From the IMG/VR virus record IMGVR_UViG_3300010158_000045, positions 25,398 to 89,397 of that record: DNA of 64,000 nt; one strand, written 5' to 3'. The number at the start of each line of letters is the position of its first letter. Position 1 is the first letter of the stretch. Both the position numbers and the translations under genes were made by a program. Positions 1 through 10,416 of this stretch are shown piece by piece. Origin of the DNA: a virus. Below the pieces are notes generated by a model, which saw only the letters and a program-made list of their open reading frames with translations, was not told where the DNA came from and made no database searches.

Positions 1-2
1 AA

Positions 3-683
3 GCCTGCGTGACCAAAGGCATTACAGTTTTTGTTAGTTCAGGCGATAGCGGTGCAAACAATTTAAGTATGGCGCAAACTTGTTGCAGTCAATATATGGT
101 ATCAGCCGGTGGCACGACTACAGTACTAGATGGCAGTAATAACATCAGTAGCGAAGTTGCATGGAGCGGAAGTGGCGGCGGTATTAGCAGTTCAGTGCCC
201 TTGCCCAGTTGGCAAACTGGTTTAACCTCGACTACTAAAACAGCCAGCTCAACAGGTTCTCCAACTGCTTTACCTCGCCGAGGTGTTCCTGATATCAGTG
301 CTCCTGCAAATCCGTCTACCGGCTGGACATTTTATGTAAACAACTCCTTGCAGACCTGGGGCGGTACCAGCGCCAGCGCACCGTTTTTAGCAGGCACTTG
401 GGCAAGATTAACTGCACTATTAGGCACTAGAGTACCGTTTGATATGTCTATTTGGTATAGTAATTCTTCAATGTTCACTGATACTACAAGCGGTGATAAT
501 AGAAATGGATATACTACTGGTTATACTACAACCGCAGGCTGGGATGCTGCCACAGGGTTAGGCAGTCCAAAGGTAGATCAAATTTACAAATACTTCCATA
601 CCGGATCGACATTCCCTAAACAAAATTACGGATTTAGGTCTACAGGCCCAGTTTATCCTCGGAAAACAACAGGTGCCCGATAA
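3..683 (+). CDS. S53 (sedolisin/kumamolisin-like) serine-carboxyl peptidase, 5'-truncated by window edge
   Basis: SSGDSG oxyanion motif, AGGT, WSGSGGG, RRGVPDISA, catalytic GGTSASAP and GWDAATGLGSP Ca-binding loop; frame is open to the window start. Confidence 0.85.
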   Translation, partial: ACVTKGITVFVSSGDSGANNLSMAQTCCSQYMVSAGGTTTVLDGSNNISSEVAWSGSGGGISSSVPLPSWQTGLTSTTKTASSTGSPTALPRRGVPDISAPANPSTGWTFYVNNSLQTWGGTSASAPFLAGTWARLTALLGTRVPFDMSIWYSNSSMFTDTTSGDNRNGYTTGYTTTAGWDAATGLGSPKVDQIYKYFHTGSTFPKQNYGFRSTGPVYPRKTTGAR

Positions 684-705
684 AACTAGCACATTATAAA
701 CATTG

Positions 706-712
706 ATAAATA
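706..712 (+). promoter_or_regulatory. Putative T4-like late promoter (ATAAATA)
   Basis: TAAATA-type motif about 20 nt upstream of a structural gene start; recurs before many late genes in the window. Confidence 0.5.
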
Positions 713-732
713 TTAGATAAAGAGAGACCAAC

Positions 733-1350
733 ATGCAGAGTAAAGATCTAACCGGAATCCACATTGAAGGACATATTAAAATATGGGATCCTGAAAGTAA
801 GGAAGTCTATATTAATAAACGTAACGCAATTCATTACGAAAACATTAGTACAGCCCTAGCCAACAGTTTATCCAACAATAACGATGGCGGATTTATCAGC
901 CAAATGTCGTTTGGTAACGGCGGAACCGCAATCGATCCAACTGGAATTATTACATATTTTACTCCGAATAGTACAGGTAGTAATGCTGGTTTATACAATG
1001 AAACATATCATAAAATAGTCAATCAAAATTCTAGTAGCAATGCAGATCCTACAAGAAATTACATGGAAGTTAGACACGTCACCGGCACAAATTATAGTGA
1101 CATATTTGTGACTTGTTTATTAGATTATGGCGATGGAAATGATGCAGGACAAAGCGCATTTGATAATACAAATAATAATAACAGTACGTTTGTATTTGAC
1201 GAGCTTGGATTAAAAAGTTACAGTGCTACTGGAAATCCGTTATTATTAACACACGTAATTTTCCACCCTGTACAAAAAAGCCTTAATAGACTTATACAAA
1301 TTGATTATACAGTAAGGCTTCAAAGTTTAACCGGCCTAGTGTCAGTTTAA
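733..1350 (+). CDS. Putative virion (baseplate/tail) structural protein
   Basis: 205 aa; beta-rich, ends FDELGL...LLTHVIFHPVQKS...IDYTVR like tail-fibre N-terminal/baseplate modules; precedes fibre genes. Confidence 0.55.
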   Translation: MQSKDLTGIHIEGHIKIWDPESKEVYINKRNAIHYENISTALANSLSNNNDGGFISQMSFGNGGTAIDPTGIITYFTPNSTGSNAGLYNETYHKIVNQNSSSNADPTRNYMEVRHVTGTNYSDIFVTCLLDYGDGNDAGQSAFDNTNNNNSTFVFDELGLKSYSATGNPLLLTHVIFHPVQKSLNRLIQIDYTVRLQSLTGLVSV

Positions 1351-1360
1351 GGAATAAGAA

Positions 1361-3565
1361 ATGTCATATCAAGTTACATTTACAGACTCCACTAATCCAG
1401 CTAAACCGCCAATTACAGTAGCTGATCAATCACTTAATAGTCAAACTAGTTTGACTTTTGTTGGTAAAAACTATGCTGGATATGCTCCTATTGTTGCTAC
1501 TGATTTTTTACATTTATTAGAAAATTTTGCAGCCGACCATGCCCCGAGCAATCCAATAGAAGGTCAGTTATGGTATGATAATACCAGCGGTGTTCACTTA
1601 TTAAAAATTTATGACGGTACAACTTGGACGGCAGCAGGATCGGTTAAGAAAAGTCCTAGCAGTCAGCAACCTCCACCTGCAAATAGTGTTATTGGAGACT
1701 TGTGGGCTGACACAACTAATAGTCAGTTGTATATTTTTACAGGTAGTAACTGGGTATTAGTCGGCCCTCAATTTAGTCAAGGCACATTAACAGGCCCCCA
1801 AGTTGAAAATATTATCGATACATTAAATGTTTCGCACAGTGTTGTTACAATATATTCAAACAATACTCCCGTAGTTATTATCAGTCAGGATTCTTTCACA
1901 CCAAAATCTACAATAACCGGATTTATTTCTTTTAATAAAGGTATTAATTTATATACAGATACCGGTGATTTAGGTCTCGAGACCGGGTCAAGTGCGGGTA
2001 TATGGGGAACTGCTCAACAAGCTACTTCGTTAGTTTATAACGGAACTCCAGTTGTAGCAACTAATTTTTTAAGAAAAGACATTGCCGACGTAAGTAGTTT
2101 TCCTATCAGCGTTAGAGCCAACGGTGGTATAACTGTAGGTAGTGCATTAAGTGTCAGCTTGGTAACTGATAACGTTGGTAACGGAGTGTTGTATAATAAC
2201 TCTAGTAACAAGAGTATGAGTATACGTGTTACTCAGTCCAATGTTCCATATACTGCACTATACATAGATTCCAGTTTAAAAGTAGGCATTGGGAAAAATA
2301 ATTCAAGTCCCCAGGCCACTTTAGATGTGATAGGTCAAGTTAACATTGGAGATGATACTGCCTCTAGTTTGTTGGGCAGATTGCTTGTAAACGGGACTTC
2401 GGATGTAGGAGCACTCAGTACAGGGTTAGGAGATCCAGGCGGAGCAAGTATACAAACTTTGGGCGGTTTAAGTGTTGCCAAAAGTACCAAATTAGGCGAT
2501 GACACTACAGTTAACGGACAACTTTATTTAAATTGGATAGACGGTGTTACGGGTATACCTAAGACAGGATCAGCATTACTGCCAGTAACGACTGGAATTT
2601 ATGACATTGGCAGTGCCAGTCTTAGTTTTAGAAACATATACGCTAGTAGTTTTGTAGGAAATTTTACAGGCACGTTTACTGGTACATTACAAGGCAATAT
2701 TAGTGGATCTGCCGCACGATTAGCAAGCGCAACAGAGTTTAGTCTTGCAGGTGACGTTGCAAGTAGTGACGGCGGAACAGCGTTCACTGGCCAAACTGTC
2801 GACGGCAGGGCAATTCTAAACACAGTTATTAGCCCAGACTTTATATCAACTAAATCAGCGGCTACCGATTCGTTTTTAACTGACCAGTTGTTAGTTTATA
2901 GATCTAACTCAGGTCTTGTTAGTATGTCTAAGTCAGTTTTGTTTAATCATATTCCTCAAATTCCAGTAGGAATTATATTTCCATTTGCTGGCTCGGCCAG
3001 TGCTGTACCTACAGGATATTTATTATGCGATGGCAGTGAAGTTTTGACCTCGGCTTACCCCACGCTGTTCAGCGTAATTGGTTACACATACAAAGCATCC
3101 GTATCGTTACAGGGACTGGGAACTTTCGGCTTACCAGATCTTCGAGGCAGAGTGCCTTTAGGTAAAGATGACATGGATAATCAAAATGAGATTCCTAGCA
3201 ACGATGGGACCGGCACATTAATAAATGCCGGCGGCGGATCAGCTAACCGAGTATCGGACATTACTGGAAAAACATTAGGAACAGGTTCAGGATTGCAACA
3301 AGTAACAATTCAAACTAGAAATTTACCTGATCACAAACATAATTTAAGCAGTAATGCCGCTCAATACTATGCTCCAGGACTACCTAGTGGTGTTCCAGAT
3401 CCAGCGGCAATTCCATCTTACGGTTTACCTAATTTTAGTACTGGTTCGGGACTTCCAAACAGCGGCGGAGTTATTCCAGATCAAAATACAACTTTGGGAA
3501 ATGCGCTAAACGTAATGAATCCGTACTTGACTATTAATTATATTATTTACACTGGAGTTATTTAA
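1361..3565 (+). CDS. Tail fibre protein with tail-collar domain
   Basis: 734 aa, G/S/T rich; GQLWYD repeats; C-terminal collar motif PVGIIFPFAG...GYLLCDG...YPTLFSVIG...FGLPDLRGRVP and NPYLTINYIIY end. Confidence 0.8.
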   Translation: MSYQVTFTDSTNPAKPPITVADQSLNSQTSLTFVGKNYAGYAPIVATDFLHLLENFAADHAPSNPIEGQLWYDNTSGVHLLKIYDGTTWTAAGSVKKSPSSQQPPPANSVIGDLWADTTNSQLYIFTGSNWVLVGPQFSQGTLTGPQVENIIDTLNVSHSVVTIYSNNTPVVIISQDSFTPKSTITGFISFNKGINLYTDTGDLGLETGSSAGIWGTAQQATSLVYNGTPVVATNFLRKDIADVSSFPISVRANGGITVGSALSVSLVTDNVGNGVLYNNSSNKSMSIRVTQSNVPYTALYIDSSLKVGIGKNNSSPQATLDVIGQVNIGDDTASSLLGRLLVNGTSDVGALSTGLGDPGGASIQTLGGLSVAKSTKLGDDTTVNGQLYLNWIDGVTGIPKTGSALLPVTTGIYDIGSASLSFRNIYASSFVGNFTGTFTGTLQGNISGSAARLASATEFSLAGDVASSDGGTAFTGQTVDGRAILNTVISPDFISTKSAATDSFLTDQLLVYRSNSGLVSMSKSVLFNHIPQIPVGIIFPFAGSASAVPTGYLLCDGSEVLTSAYPTLFSVIGYTYKASVSLQGLGTFGLPDLRGRVPLGKDDMDNQNEIPSNDGTGTLINAGGGSANRVSDITGKTLGTGSGLQQVTIQTRNLPDHKHNLSSNAAQYYAPGLPSGVPDPAAIPSYGLPNFSTGSGLPNSGGVIPDQNTTLGNALNVMNPYLTINYIIYTGVI

Positions 3566-5235
3566 TGACATATCTGATCACTAAAACAGATGGCTCTACA
3601 CTAACGCAGGTAGCAGACGGAGTATTAGACCAAACAACAACTGACCTTACATTAATTGGAAAAAATGCAAGCGGGTACGGTAATTATATAGATAATAATT
3701 TTGTACATTTATTAGAAAATTTTTCTAATGTAGTTCAACCTATACATCCAATTACTGGACAGTTATGGTTTGACACTAGTGAAAATCGATTAAAAGTATA
3801 TGATGGAATTACATTCAAAGTTAGTGGCGGCACGATTATATCTAATACCACTCCTAGCGGCATAACTGCCGGAGATTTATGGATTGATAGTAATAGACAA
3901 CAACTTTATTTTAATGATGGAACAAGCACAAAACTAGCTGGCCCAATATACACATCAAGTCAGGGCATTACAGGATTTAGTACAGAAGATGTATTAGATA
4001 CTAACAGTATAAGCCGAACAATTCTATTATTATATGTTGCACAAACATTAATTGGAATTTTCAGCAAAGATAATTTTACACCAGCTACACCAATTGGCGG
4101 ATTTAGCGGTAGCATAACCGCAGGATTTAATATAGGCACTTATGCTGGCCTTAAATTTACAACTCCAACTACGCAAGCAGATTACTTGCTAGCTCCAGAC
4201 GGGTCAAGAAAAACAGCCGCTAATTTTTTAAGTACAACGGATAGTTCTAGTACAACTGGAACAATTACAATTCAAAATACTACACCACTTGTATTAGGTG
4301 TAGGCGCAAATACTGAAATTGATACAACTTCTACTTTATTCCAGATTAAATCAAATACAATAAATCAAAATTTTGGAATTAACACTTTAAATAATAGCGG
4401 TCTTCAAAATAGCGTGTTTATTAATACTGCTAATAAGTATGTTGGAATTTACACAAACACACCTACTAGTACACTAGATGTTAATGGAGATGTTACAGTC
4501 GGTGGTAATCTTACAGTAAAAGGAAGCACTTTAACAATTAGTACAAGTGTAATTAATATTGCTGACAAATTTATTACATTAGGCAAAGTAACTACGCCCA
4601 GTAACACTACAGCAGACGGCGGCGGCTTTACAATTGCTGGCGGCAACGATACTGACAAACAATTTTTATGGAATTTAAGTAATTTAAGTTTCAACAGCAG
4701 TGAAAATATTAACTTGACTGCTGGCAAATCGTTTAAAGTTGGAGGATTTAGCGTCCTAAGCCAAACTCAATTAGGTACAACAGTTACCAGTGCTCCGGGA
4801 TTAGTCAGTGTTGGAACTTTAGCAGGAGTAGGTGTCAGTTACATGACACTTGGCGGCACTGGTACTGAATCAACAATAGCCTATACAAATAGCAGTCAGA
4901 CTAATGGTACCATTTATCTAGTTCCAAAGGGATCGGGTAGCGTAGATATTGGAAATTTTAAGATAACTAACCTAGCCACTCCTACAGCTAATGGAGATGC
5001 CGCAAATAAATCTTACGTAGATACTGCTATTGCTAAGGCACCTTTAGCAATAAGTTTAACAACAACCGGACTAACAAACCCACAAATTGCAGGTAACTAT
5101 CTAAGTAAAGTATTTCCGGGAGGCGAGCATCCTGACAACACTATTGCAAGGGTTGTTTGTACTGATGGCGGCACTACTACAGTTAGGCAGTTCCAGTTAT
5201 TAGCTGGCACATGGGCATATCAGACTCAATTGTGA
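3565..5235 (+). CDS. Tail fibre/virion structural protein (paralog of neighbours)
   Basis: Shared N-terminal LIGKN..GYG..NFVHLLENF domain, GQLWFD repeats, ITNLATPTANGDAANKSYVD stalk motif. Confidence 0.7.
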   Translation: MTYLITKTDGSTLTQVADGVLDQTTTDLTLIGKNASGYGNYIDNNFVHLLENFSNVVQPIHPITGQLWFDTSENRLKVYDGITFKVSGGTIISNTTPSGITAGDLWIDSNRQQLYFNDGTSTKLAGPIYTSSQGITGFSTEDVLDTNSISRTILLLYVAQTLIGIFSKDNFTPATPIGGFSGSITAGFNIGTYAGLKFTTPTTQADYLLAPDGSRKTAANFLSTTDSSSTTGTITIQNTTPLVLGVGANTEIDTTSTLFQIKSNTINQNFGINTLNNSGLQNSVFINTANKYVGIYTNTPTSTLDVNGDVTVGGNLTVKGSTLTISTSVINIADKFITLGKVTTPSNTTADGGGFTIAGGNDTDKQFLWNLSNLSFNSSENINLTAGKSFKVGGFSVLSQTQLGTTVTSAPGLVSVGTLAGVGVSYMTLGGTGTESTIAYTNSSQTNGTIYLVPKGSGSVDIGNFKITNLATPTANGDAANKSYVDTAIAKAPLAISLTTTGLTNPQIAGNYLSKVFPGGEHPDNTIARVVCTDGGTTTVRQFQLLAGTWAYQTQL

Positions 5236-5246
5236 TGCAAAATAGA

Positions 5247-5253
5247 ATAAATA
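5247..5253 (+). promoter_or_regulatory. Putative late promoter (ATAAATA)
   Basis: Upstream of AAGGA RBS and ATG at 5277. Confidence 0.5.
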
Positions 5254-5276
5254 CACTAGAATAAGGAACGGGCGAC

Positions 5277-6767
5277 ATGTCATATACTATAAACAGATTT
5301 AATGGAACTCAAGTATCAGTAATTGCTGATGGAACCATTGATTCTACACTAGATCTTAAATTAATTGGTAAGAATTACGCAGGATACGGAGCTGTACAGA
5401 ACGAAAATTTTGTATATTTGCTAGAAAATTTTGCCGGCTCCACCCAACCTCCTCGCCCTGTAAGCGGTCAACTATGGTTTGATAGTAACACAAACAAGTT
5501 AAAATTTTACGATGTTAATGGTAAATTTAGAATTGCAGGTGGTGCAGAGATATCGGCTACTCAACCAACTGGGTTAACTACTGGTGATTTCTGGTGGGAT
5601 ACCGCTAATCAACAACTTTACTCTTATAACGGCTCTGGATTTACACTAGTAGGTCCGCAAGGTTCTGCAGGCGCAAATACTACTGAATTAAAAACAGCAA
5701 GTGTGTTAGATTCTAATGGTGGCGCCCATACTATTATCAAAGCTATTGATAGTGGCAATGTTATATTCACGATTAGTTCAGATGCTGAATTTACATTAAA
5801 TTCTTCAGCTAATGCTATTACAGGATTTACAAAAATACACCAGGGTGTTACCCTAGTTTATTCAAATAACGATTCTCTACCTGGCCAAACTACTAGTAAT
5901 CATAGATTTTGGGGAACAAGTACCAACTCAGATCGCCTGGGTGGACTAAGTGCTAGTAGTTTTATCCAAACTGGAAACGCAATATTCTCAAGTCTAGTTC
6001 AGTTTAGTGATGCAGGTTTTACGGTTGGAGCTACTCCAGCTAAGTTGAAAATTTACAATAATGCCGCTACAACACCTACTTTTATTAATCAAGTAGGCGA
6101 TACACTTACATTCCAAACAACAGTCAACGCTGTTACTAAAAATCCATTGAATTTAGTGGGCGCAGACATGTTGCCAGGCACAAATTTAACCAACAATATT
6201 GGATCTTCAACATTACAGTGGAACAATCTTTATGCTAACTATGTATATGGTACAGCACAACAAGCTGACGCTTTGAGTGTTAGTGGAACATATAGAAGTG
6301 CAAGTATAGCCAGTGCCATTAATACCATTGCAGTTCGAGACAGTAACGGCAACTTAAACGCTAATTTGTTCCAAGGAACTGCTACAAGTGCTAATTATGC
6401 TGACTTGGCAGAAAAATATTTAACAGATGTTGAATTAGAAGCAGGCACTGTAGTAGCTGTTGGCGGCTCTGCAGAAGTTCGAGCAACAGTCTGGGGTGAT
6501 AGAGCAGTTGGAGTAGTATCAACAAACCCAGCTTATATGATGAATAGCGAATTAGCCGGAGGAACATATATTGCCCTCAAGGGACGAGTTCCATGTAAAG
6601 TTACTGGTACTATTAATAAAGGTGATCAATTAGTTGCTACAAACGGCGGCGTAGGTATGTCTATAAACAATGATGTCAGTGCTCCGACACTTTACCCATT
6701 CGGAATTGCGCTAGAAAACTTCGATGGCAGTTCAGAAATTGGCACTATCGAAGTAATCGTACTATAA
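5277..6767 (+). CDS. Tail fibre protein with C-terminal intramolecular-chaperone/autocleavage-like domain
   Basis: Same N-terminal domain as upstream paralogs; C-terminal YADLAEKY...GVVSTNPAYMMN...ALKGRVPCKV...KGDQLV motif. Confidence 0.7.
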   Translation: MSYTINRFNGTQVSVIADGTIDSTLDLKLIGKNYAGYGAVQNENFVYLLENFAGSTQPPRPVSGQLWFDSNTNKLKFYDVNGKFRIAGGAEISATQPTGLTTGDFWWDTANQQLYSYNGSGFTLVGPQGSAGANTTELKTASVLDSNGGAHTIIKAIDSGNVIFTISSDAEFTLNSSANAITGFTKIHQGVTLVYSNNDSLPGQTTSNHRFWGTSTNSDRLGGLSASSFIQTGNAIFSSLVQFSDAGFTVGATPAKLKIYNNAATTPTFINQVGDTLTFQTTVNAVTKNPLNLVGADMLPGTNLTNNIGSSTLQWNNLYANYVYGTAQQADALSVSGTYRSASIASAINTIAVRDSNGNLNANLFQGTATSANYADLAEKYLTDVELEAGTVVAVGGSAEVRATVWGDRAVGVVSTNPAYMMNSELAGGTYIALKGRVPCKVTGTINKGDQLVATNGGVGMSINNDVSAPTLYPFGIALENFDGSSEIGTIEVIVL

Positions 6768-6770
6768 ATA
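6763..6770 (+). promoter_or_regulatory. T4-type late promoter TATAAATA
   Basis: Exact T4 late -10 consensus ending 21 nt upstream of ATG 6792. Confidence 0.6.
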
Positions 6771-6791
6771 ACATCAACTAAAGGTAAATGT

Positions 6792-7712
6792 ATGGCCGGC
6801 CAAGGTAATTTAATTGTAGCAAACGATTACAACACAATTCAAGCAAAAATCGCATTAGTTCTTGGAACAGGATCGTCAGATTACGGCTATTGTCAACAAG
6901 TATTAAGCAGTCAAGTTAACAATCTTAACACCAAAATTACAGTTAATCAATGGAATAATCTTCGTACTGATTTATTATTAGCAAGACAACACCAAACAGG
7001 CTCAGATCAAAGTGGCCAACTAGCATTACCAACTAGTAGCACCACTATCAAGGAAGCAGACAGGTCTGCTTATAACACGTTTGCAGATACTATTCTTACT
7101 AATAGACTAGTTACACCCCCAGCATCTCAATATTCATTAACTACAGTTCCAACTGTAACTCGAACAAACCCTTGGGCAAGTACAGTTAGTTATACACTAA
7201 CATTAAATTTTCCAGGATATACCAGCGGTTCAACAGTAGTATCTGCAATTAATAATGCTAGAGCATTTTTTAATGCCGGCGGACTAGTAAAATTTAGTGC
7301 TAGTTTTTCAAACTATACAACTGATGGGTCGCGAACAGTAAACGAGTCGTGGGCAACTTTGTTAGCAAACATGGGAACAATTACTTTTGGGGCGCATGCT
7401 ACTACTAACACCGGATCGGGCACTCCACAAGCTAAAGGATTTTTTGATCTTACAACAAGCAATCAATTAATGTTTACCAAACTAGTAGATCCAGCATACA
7501 CTCCAACTTATAGTCCTAATCAATACGATTTATATGCAAGATTTGGCGCCACCAATGCGCAAATTATTTTTACTCCAACTTGGAGTTACACAGCCGGCGG
7601 TAATGTGCTGGAAGCTGCCAGTGGAACTTTATCTAGCGTCTCGCAGATAATAACACCTACTGGTTCAAACGTATCAGTTGGTATTCCAACTTACGTAAAC
7701 TCAGCTTTATAA
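6792..7712 (+). CDS. Putative virion structural (tail-associated) protein
   Basis: 306 aa, T/S-rich, behind a late promoter in the fibre cluster. Confidence 0.55.
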   Translation: MAGQGNLIVANDYNTIQAKIALVLGTGSSDYGYCQQVLSSQVNNLNTKITVNQWNNLRTDLLLARQHQTGSDQSGQLALPTSSTTIKEADRSAYNTFADTILTNRLVTPPASQYSLTTVPTVTRTNPWASTVSYTLTLNFPGYTSGSTVVSAINNARAFFNAGGLVKFSASFSNYTTDGSRTVNESWATLLANMGTITFGAHATTNTGSGTPQAKGFFDLTTSNQLMFTKLVDPAYTPTYSPNQYDLYARFGATNAQIIFTPTWSYTAGGNVLEAASGTLSSVSQIITPTGSNVSVGIPTYVNSAL

Positions 7713-7723
7713 TATCTAATCTC

Positions 7724-7752
7724 TTGACAAGCTAATTACTGTAGTGTATTAT
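7724..7752 (+). promoter_or_regulatory. sigma70-like promoter TTGACA-17-TATTAT
   Basis: Perfect -35 and 17-nt spacer; GGAG RBS at 7762-7765 follows. Confidence 0.65.
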
Positions 7753-7772
7753 ATACATTACGGAGTTTATCT

Positions 7773-8123
7773 ATGGACGAAAGAATTGAAAAAGCGTTCG
7801 AAACTGCCAATTATATGGCCACGCTTTCGAATCAAAAAAGAATAATACAAGAAGAATTTAAGCAACAGCTAATATTTTATATTAATGGTAGCACATTTCA
7901 AATTACAACAGATTTAATTAGTTACATCAAAACTGTAGTTGATCTTGGCAATACAATTGATGTAGTTTTTATTGATAGTAATGGCGTGCCAGTTCTAATA
8001 GATGATGTACGGAAATTTTTAGATGATATTTCTTCCTGTTATCTTACAGCATGCCATGATTATATTAAAAAATACAATGATATTCGTGTTAAAAGAAAAA
8101 TTAAGGATATTATTGAATTATGA
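7773..8123 (+). CDS. Hypothetical protein (possible tail-fibre assembly factor)
   Basis: 116 aa ORF with GGAG RBS; first gene of the glycosyltransferase operon. Confidence 0.6.
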   Translation: MDERIEKAFETANYMATLSNQKRIIQEEFKQQLIFYINGSTFQITTDLISYIKTVVDLGNTIDVVFIDSNGVPVLIDDVRKFLDDISSCYLTACHDYIKKYNDIRVKRKIKDIIEL

Positions 8124-8968
8124 GTATCGGCGCAGTGCTTGTTGCTCAGAATAATTCTACTATTGATTATGTCAAGCTGGCAATTTTTTCTGCCCAGAGA
8201 ATCAAAGACTTTTTAGATATTCCAGTTAGCATACTAACTGATAGTCGAGGATATGTAGAATCTCAATATCCCAATCATCCATTCGATCAGATCATAGATA
8301 TTCCGTTTGGTGAAAATTTCTCTCAACGTAGATTTAATGATGGGTCTTTAACTAGCAAAATCCTTGAATGGAAAAATTTATCAAGATATCGCACTTATGA
8401 TTTAAGCCCATATGATACTACTCTGGTAGTTGATGTAGATTATATAATCAATTCTTCTGTGCTAAAATCTGCGTTATATTTGGACTGTCCTTTACAAATT
8501 TATTCAAATAGTATGGATATAGCTGAATGGAGAGATTTAACAGAATTTCAACGTATCAATCCTTACAGTATTCCTTTTTATTGGGCTACAGTTTTTATTT
8601 TTAACAAAGGCGCAATTACAGAATCGTTTTTTATGTTGCTAACACATATTAAAGATAATTGGGATTATTATAGAACTTTGTATTGTGTAACCAGTCCTAT
8701 GTTTAGAAACGATATAGCATTTAGTATTGCTATACATATTATGGATGGAAAAACATCGGGAGATTTTGCACAAGAATTGCCAGGAAAAATGATTTATGGT
8801 AAAGACACAGATGTACTGATAAGCATAGAAAATACTACAATGAAATTTTTAATAGAAAAGAAAAATTATCTAGGCGAATATACACTGGCCAAAACTCACG
8901 GACTTGATGTTCATGTTATGAACAAATTAAGTCTTAGTCGATATATAGACGGAGGCACCGGTGTCTAA
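8120..8968 (+). CDS. GT-A-fold glycosyltransferase-like protein
   Basis: SPYDTTLVVDVD (DxD) motif; FRNDIAFSIA; paralog of next gene. Confidence 0.65.
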   Translation: MSIGAVLVAQNNSTIDYVKLAIFSAQRIKDFLDIPVSILTDSRGYVESQYPNHPFDQIIDIPFGENFSQRRFNDGSLTSKILEWKNLSRYRTYDLSPYDTTLVVDVDYIINSSVLKSALYLDCPLQIYSNSMDIAEWRDLTEFQRINPYSIPFYWATVFIFNKGAITESFFMLLTHIKDNWDYYRTLYCVTSPMFRNDIAFSIAIHIMDGKTSGDFAQELPGKMIYGKDTDVLISIENTTMKFLIEKKNYLGEYTLAKTHGLDVHVMNKLSLSRYIDGGTGV

Positions 8969-9806
8969 AGGATTTTTAATTTTTGCACAAAATACAGATA
9001 CTGTCGATTATGTTGAACAGGCGTATGCACTTGCTTTAAGTATTAAACACAGTCAGCAAACTATTAAGAATATTTCGTTAGTTACTAATTCAAAAGTTCC
9101 TAAAAAATATACTAAAATATTTGATCAAATTATTCCAATTCCGTATTTTAAAAAAATAAAAAACAGCCCGTTACATGCAGAACATAGGTATCAATTATAC
9201 TCCGCCACGCCCTATACTGAAACAATAGTTTTAGATAGCGACATGCTATTGTCGGAAGATATAACAGATTGGTGGAACTATTGCAGTAATTACGATGTGC
9301 ATTTTTGTAGCCATATTACTAACTACAAATTAGAAACAATAGTAGATACAGTACATCGTAAAACATTTATTGAAAATAACTTGCCTAATGTTTATTATGC
9401 ATTACACTATTTTAAAAAATCGGATACAGCCCGGGAGTTTTATAAAATTCTTGAATTTGTTGTTAATAACTGGGAAGGCTGTTATGGCAGATTTGCTTCC
9501 GAACATTATCAGGATTGGGTAAGTATGGATGTATCTGCCGCCATTGCTATTAAACTTTCTGGTTTAGAAAATGCCGCGTTTAGTAAATTAAATCCTATGC
9601 AATTTACTCATATGAAAACACCTATTCAAGGATGGCCTGTTGTTCCTGATAGCTGGCAAACTGCTGTGCCTTGTGTCTTAAATAGCAGTGGAAATCTTGT
9701 AGTAGGCAATATACGTCAACATAAACTATTCCACTATGTTGAAAAACATTTTATTAATAAAAAAATATTATCTAAATTAGAAGGACTATTCAATGAAAAA
9801 AATTGA
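8961..9806 (+). CDS. GT-A-fold glycosyltransferase-like protein
   Basis: TPYTETIVLDSDML (DxD), FTHMK, FHYVEK; GTG start overlapping upstream gene. Confidence 0.65.
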   Translation: MSKGFLIFAQNTDTVDYVEQAYALALSIKHSQQTIKNISLVTNSKVPKKYTKIFDQIIPIPYFKKIKNSPLHAEHRYQLYSATPYTETIVLDSDMLLSEDITDWWNYCSNYDVHFCSHITNYKLETIVDTVHRKTFIENNLPNVYYALHYFKKSDTAREFYKILEFVVNNWEGCYGRFASEHYQDWVSMDVSAAIAIKLSGLENAAFSKLNPMQFTHMKTPIQGWPVVPDSWQTAVPCVLNSSGNLVVGNIRQHKLFHYVEKHFINKKILSKLEGLFNEKN

Positions 9807-10416
9807 AGACGGTTTGAGTGCTGAGGATCTAGATAATATTGCAAGACTATCTTTTAATCCAATTTATAGATTATATTTTAATCTTGAGTCGGGCGAAATA
9901 CTAGCCTTATCCAACGAGGATCGTTCCGAATATGATCATAACATAATTGTTTCTTATGAACAGTACGAAGCATTTATTACAGGCCGAGAGCATTTTAAAG
10001 ATTGGTCAGTTATTAACACTAAAAACGGAGTAGAATTAATACAAAAAGTATTTCAAGGACACACATTTAGAAATAACATGTTTGAATGGATTATAGATCC
10101 CCCGACTAAATCTACAGATTTAGTTGTGCATTGGGATGAGTACAAAAAGCATTGGATTTTTATAATTTCAGATAATGCAAGACAACGTTATTACGATAAA
10201 AAAATAACTACACCTATAGTTAAATTTTTTATTACATTGCAAAACGATTTTGATTTCTTAATAAGAACTATAGAAATTGAACTAAAACTACTAATAGTAG
10301 ACAAGGTTATTGTGCCGTTTGAATTTAATTTAGAATCAAAAATAGATCAAATATCGATCAGTTCTAGAACAGTATTTGATAGTTATGGATTGAAAATATG
10401 GAAAATAAAAAAATAA
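9793..10416 (+). CDS. Hypothetical protein
   Basis: 207 aa ORF overlapping both neighbours in the operon. Confidence 0.6.
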   Translation: MKKIEDGLSAEDLDNIARLSFNPIYRLYFNLESGEILALSNEDRSEYDHNIIVSYEQYEAFITGREHFKDWSVINTKNGVELIQKVFQGHTFRNNMFEWIIDPPTKSTDLVVHWDEYKKHWIFIISDNARQRYYDKKITTPIVKFFITLQNDFDFLIRTIEIELKLLIVDKVIVPFEFNLESKIDQISISSRTVFDSYGLKIWKIKK

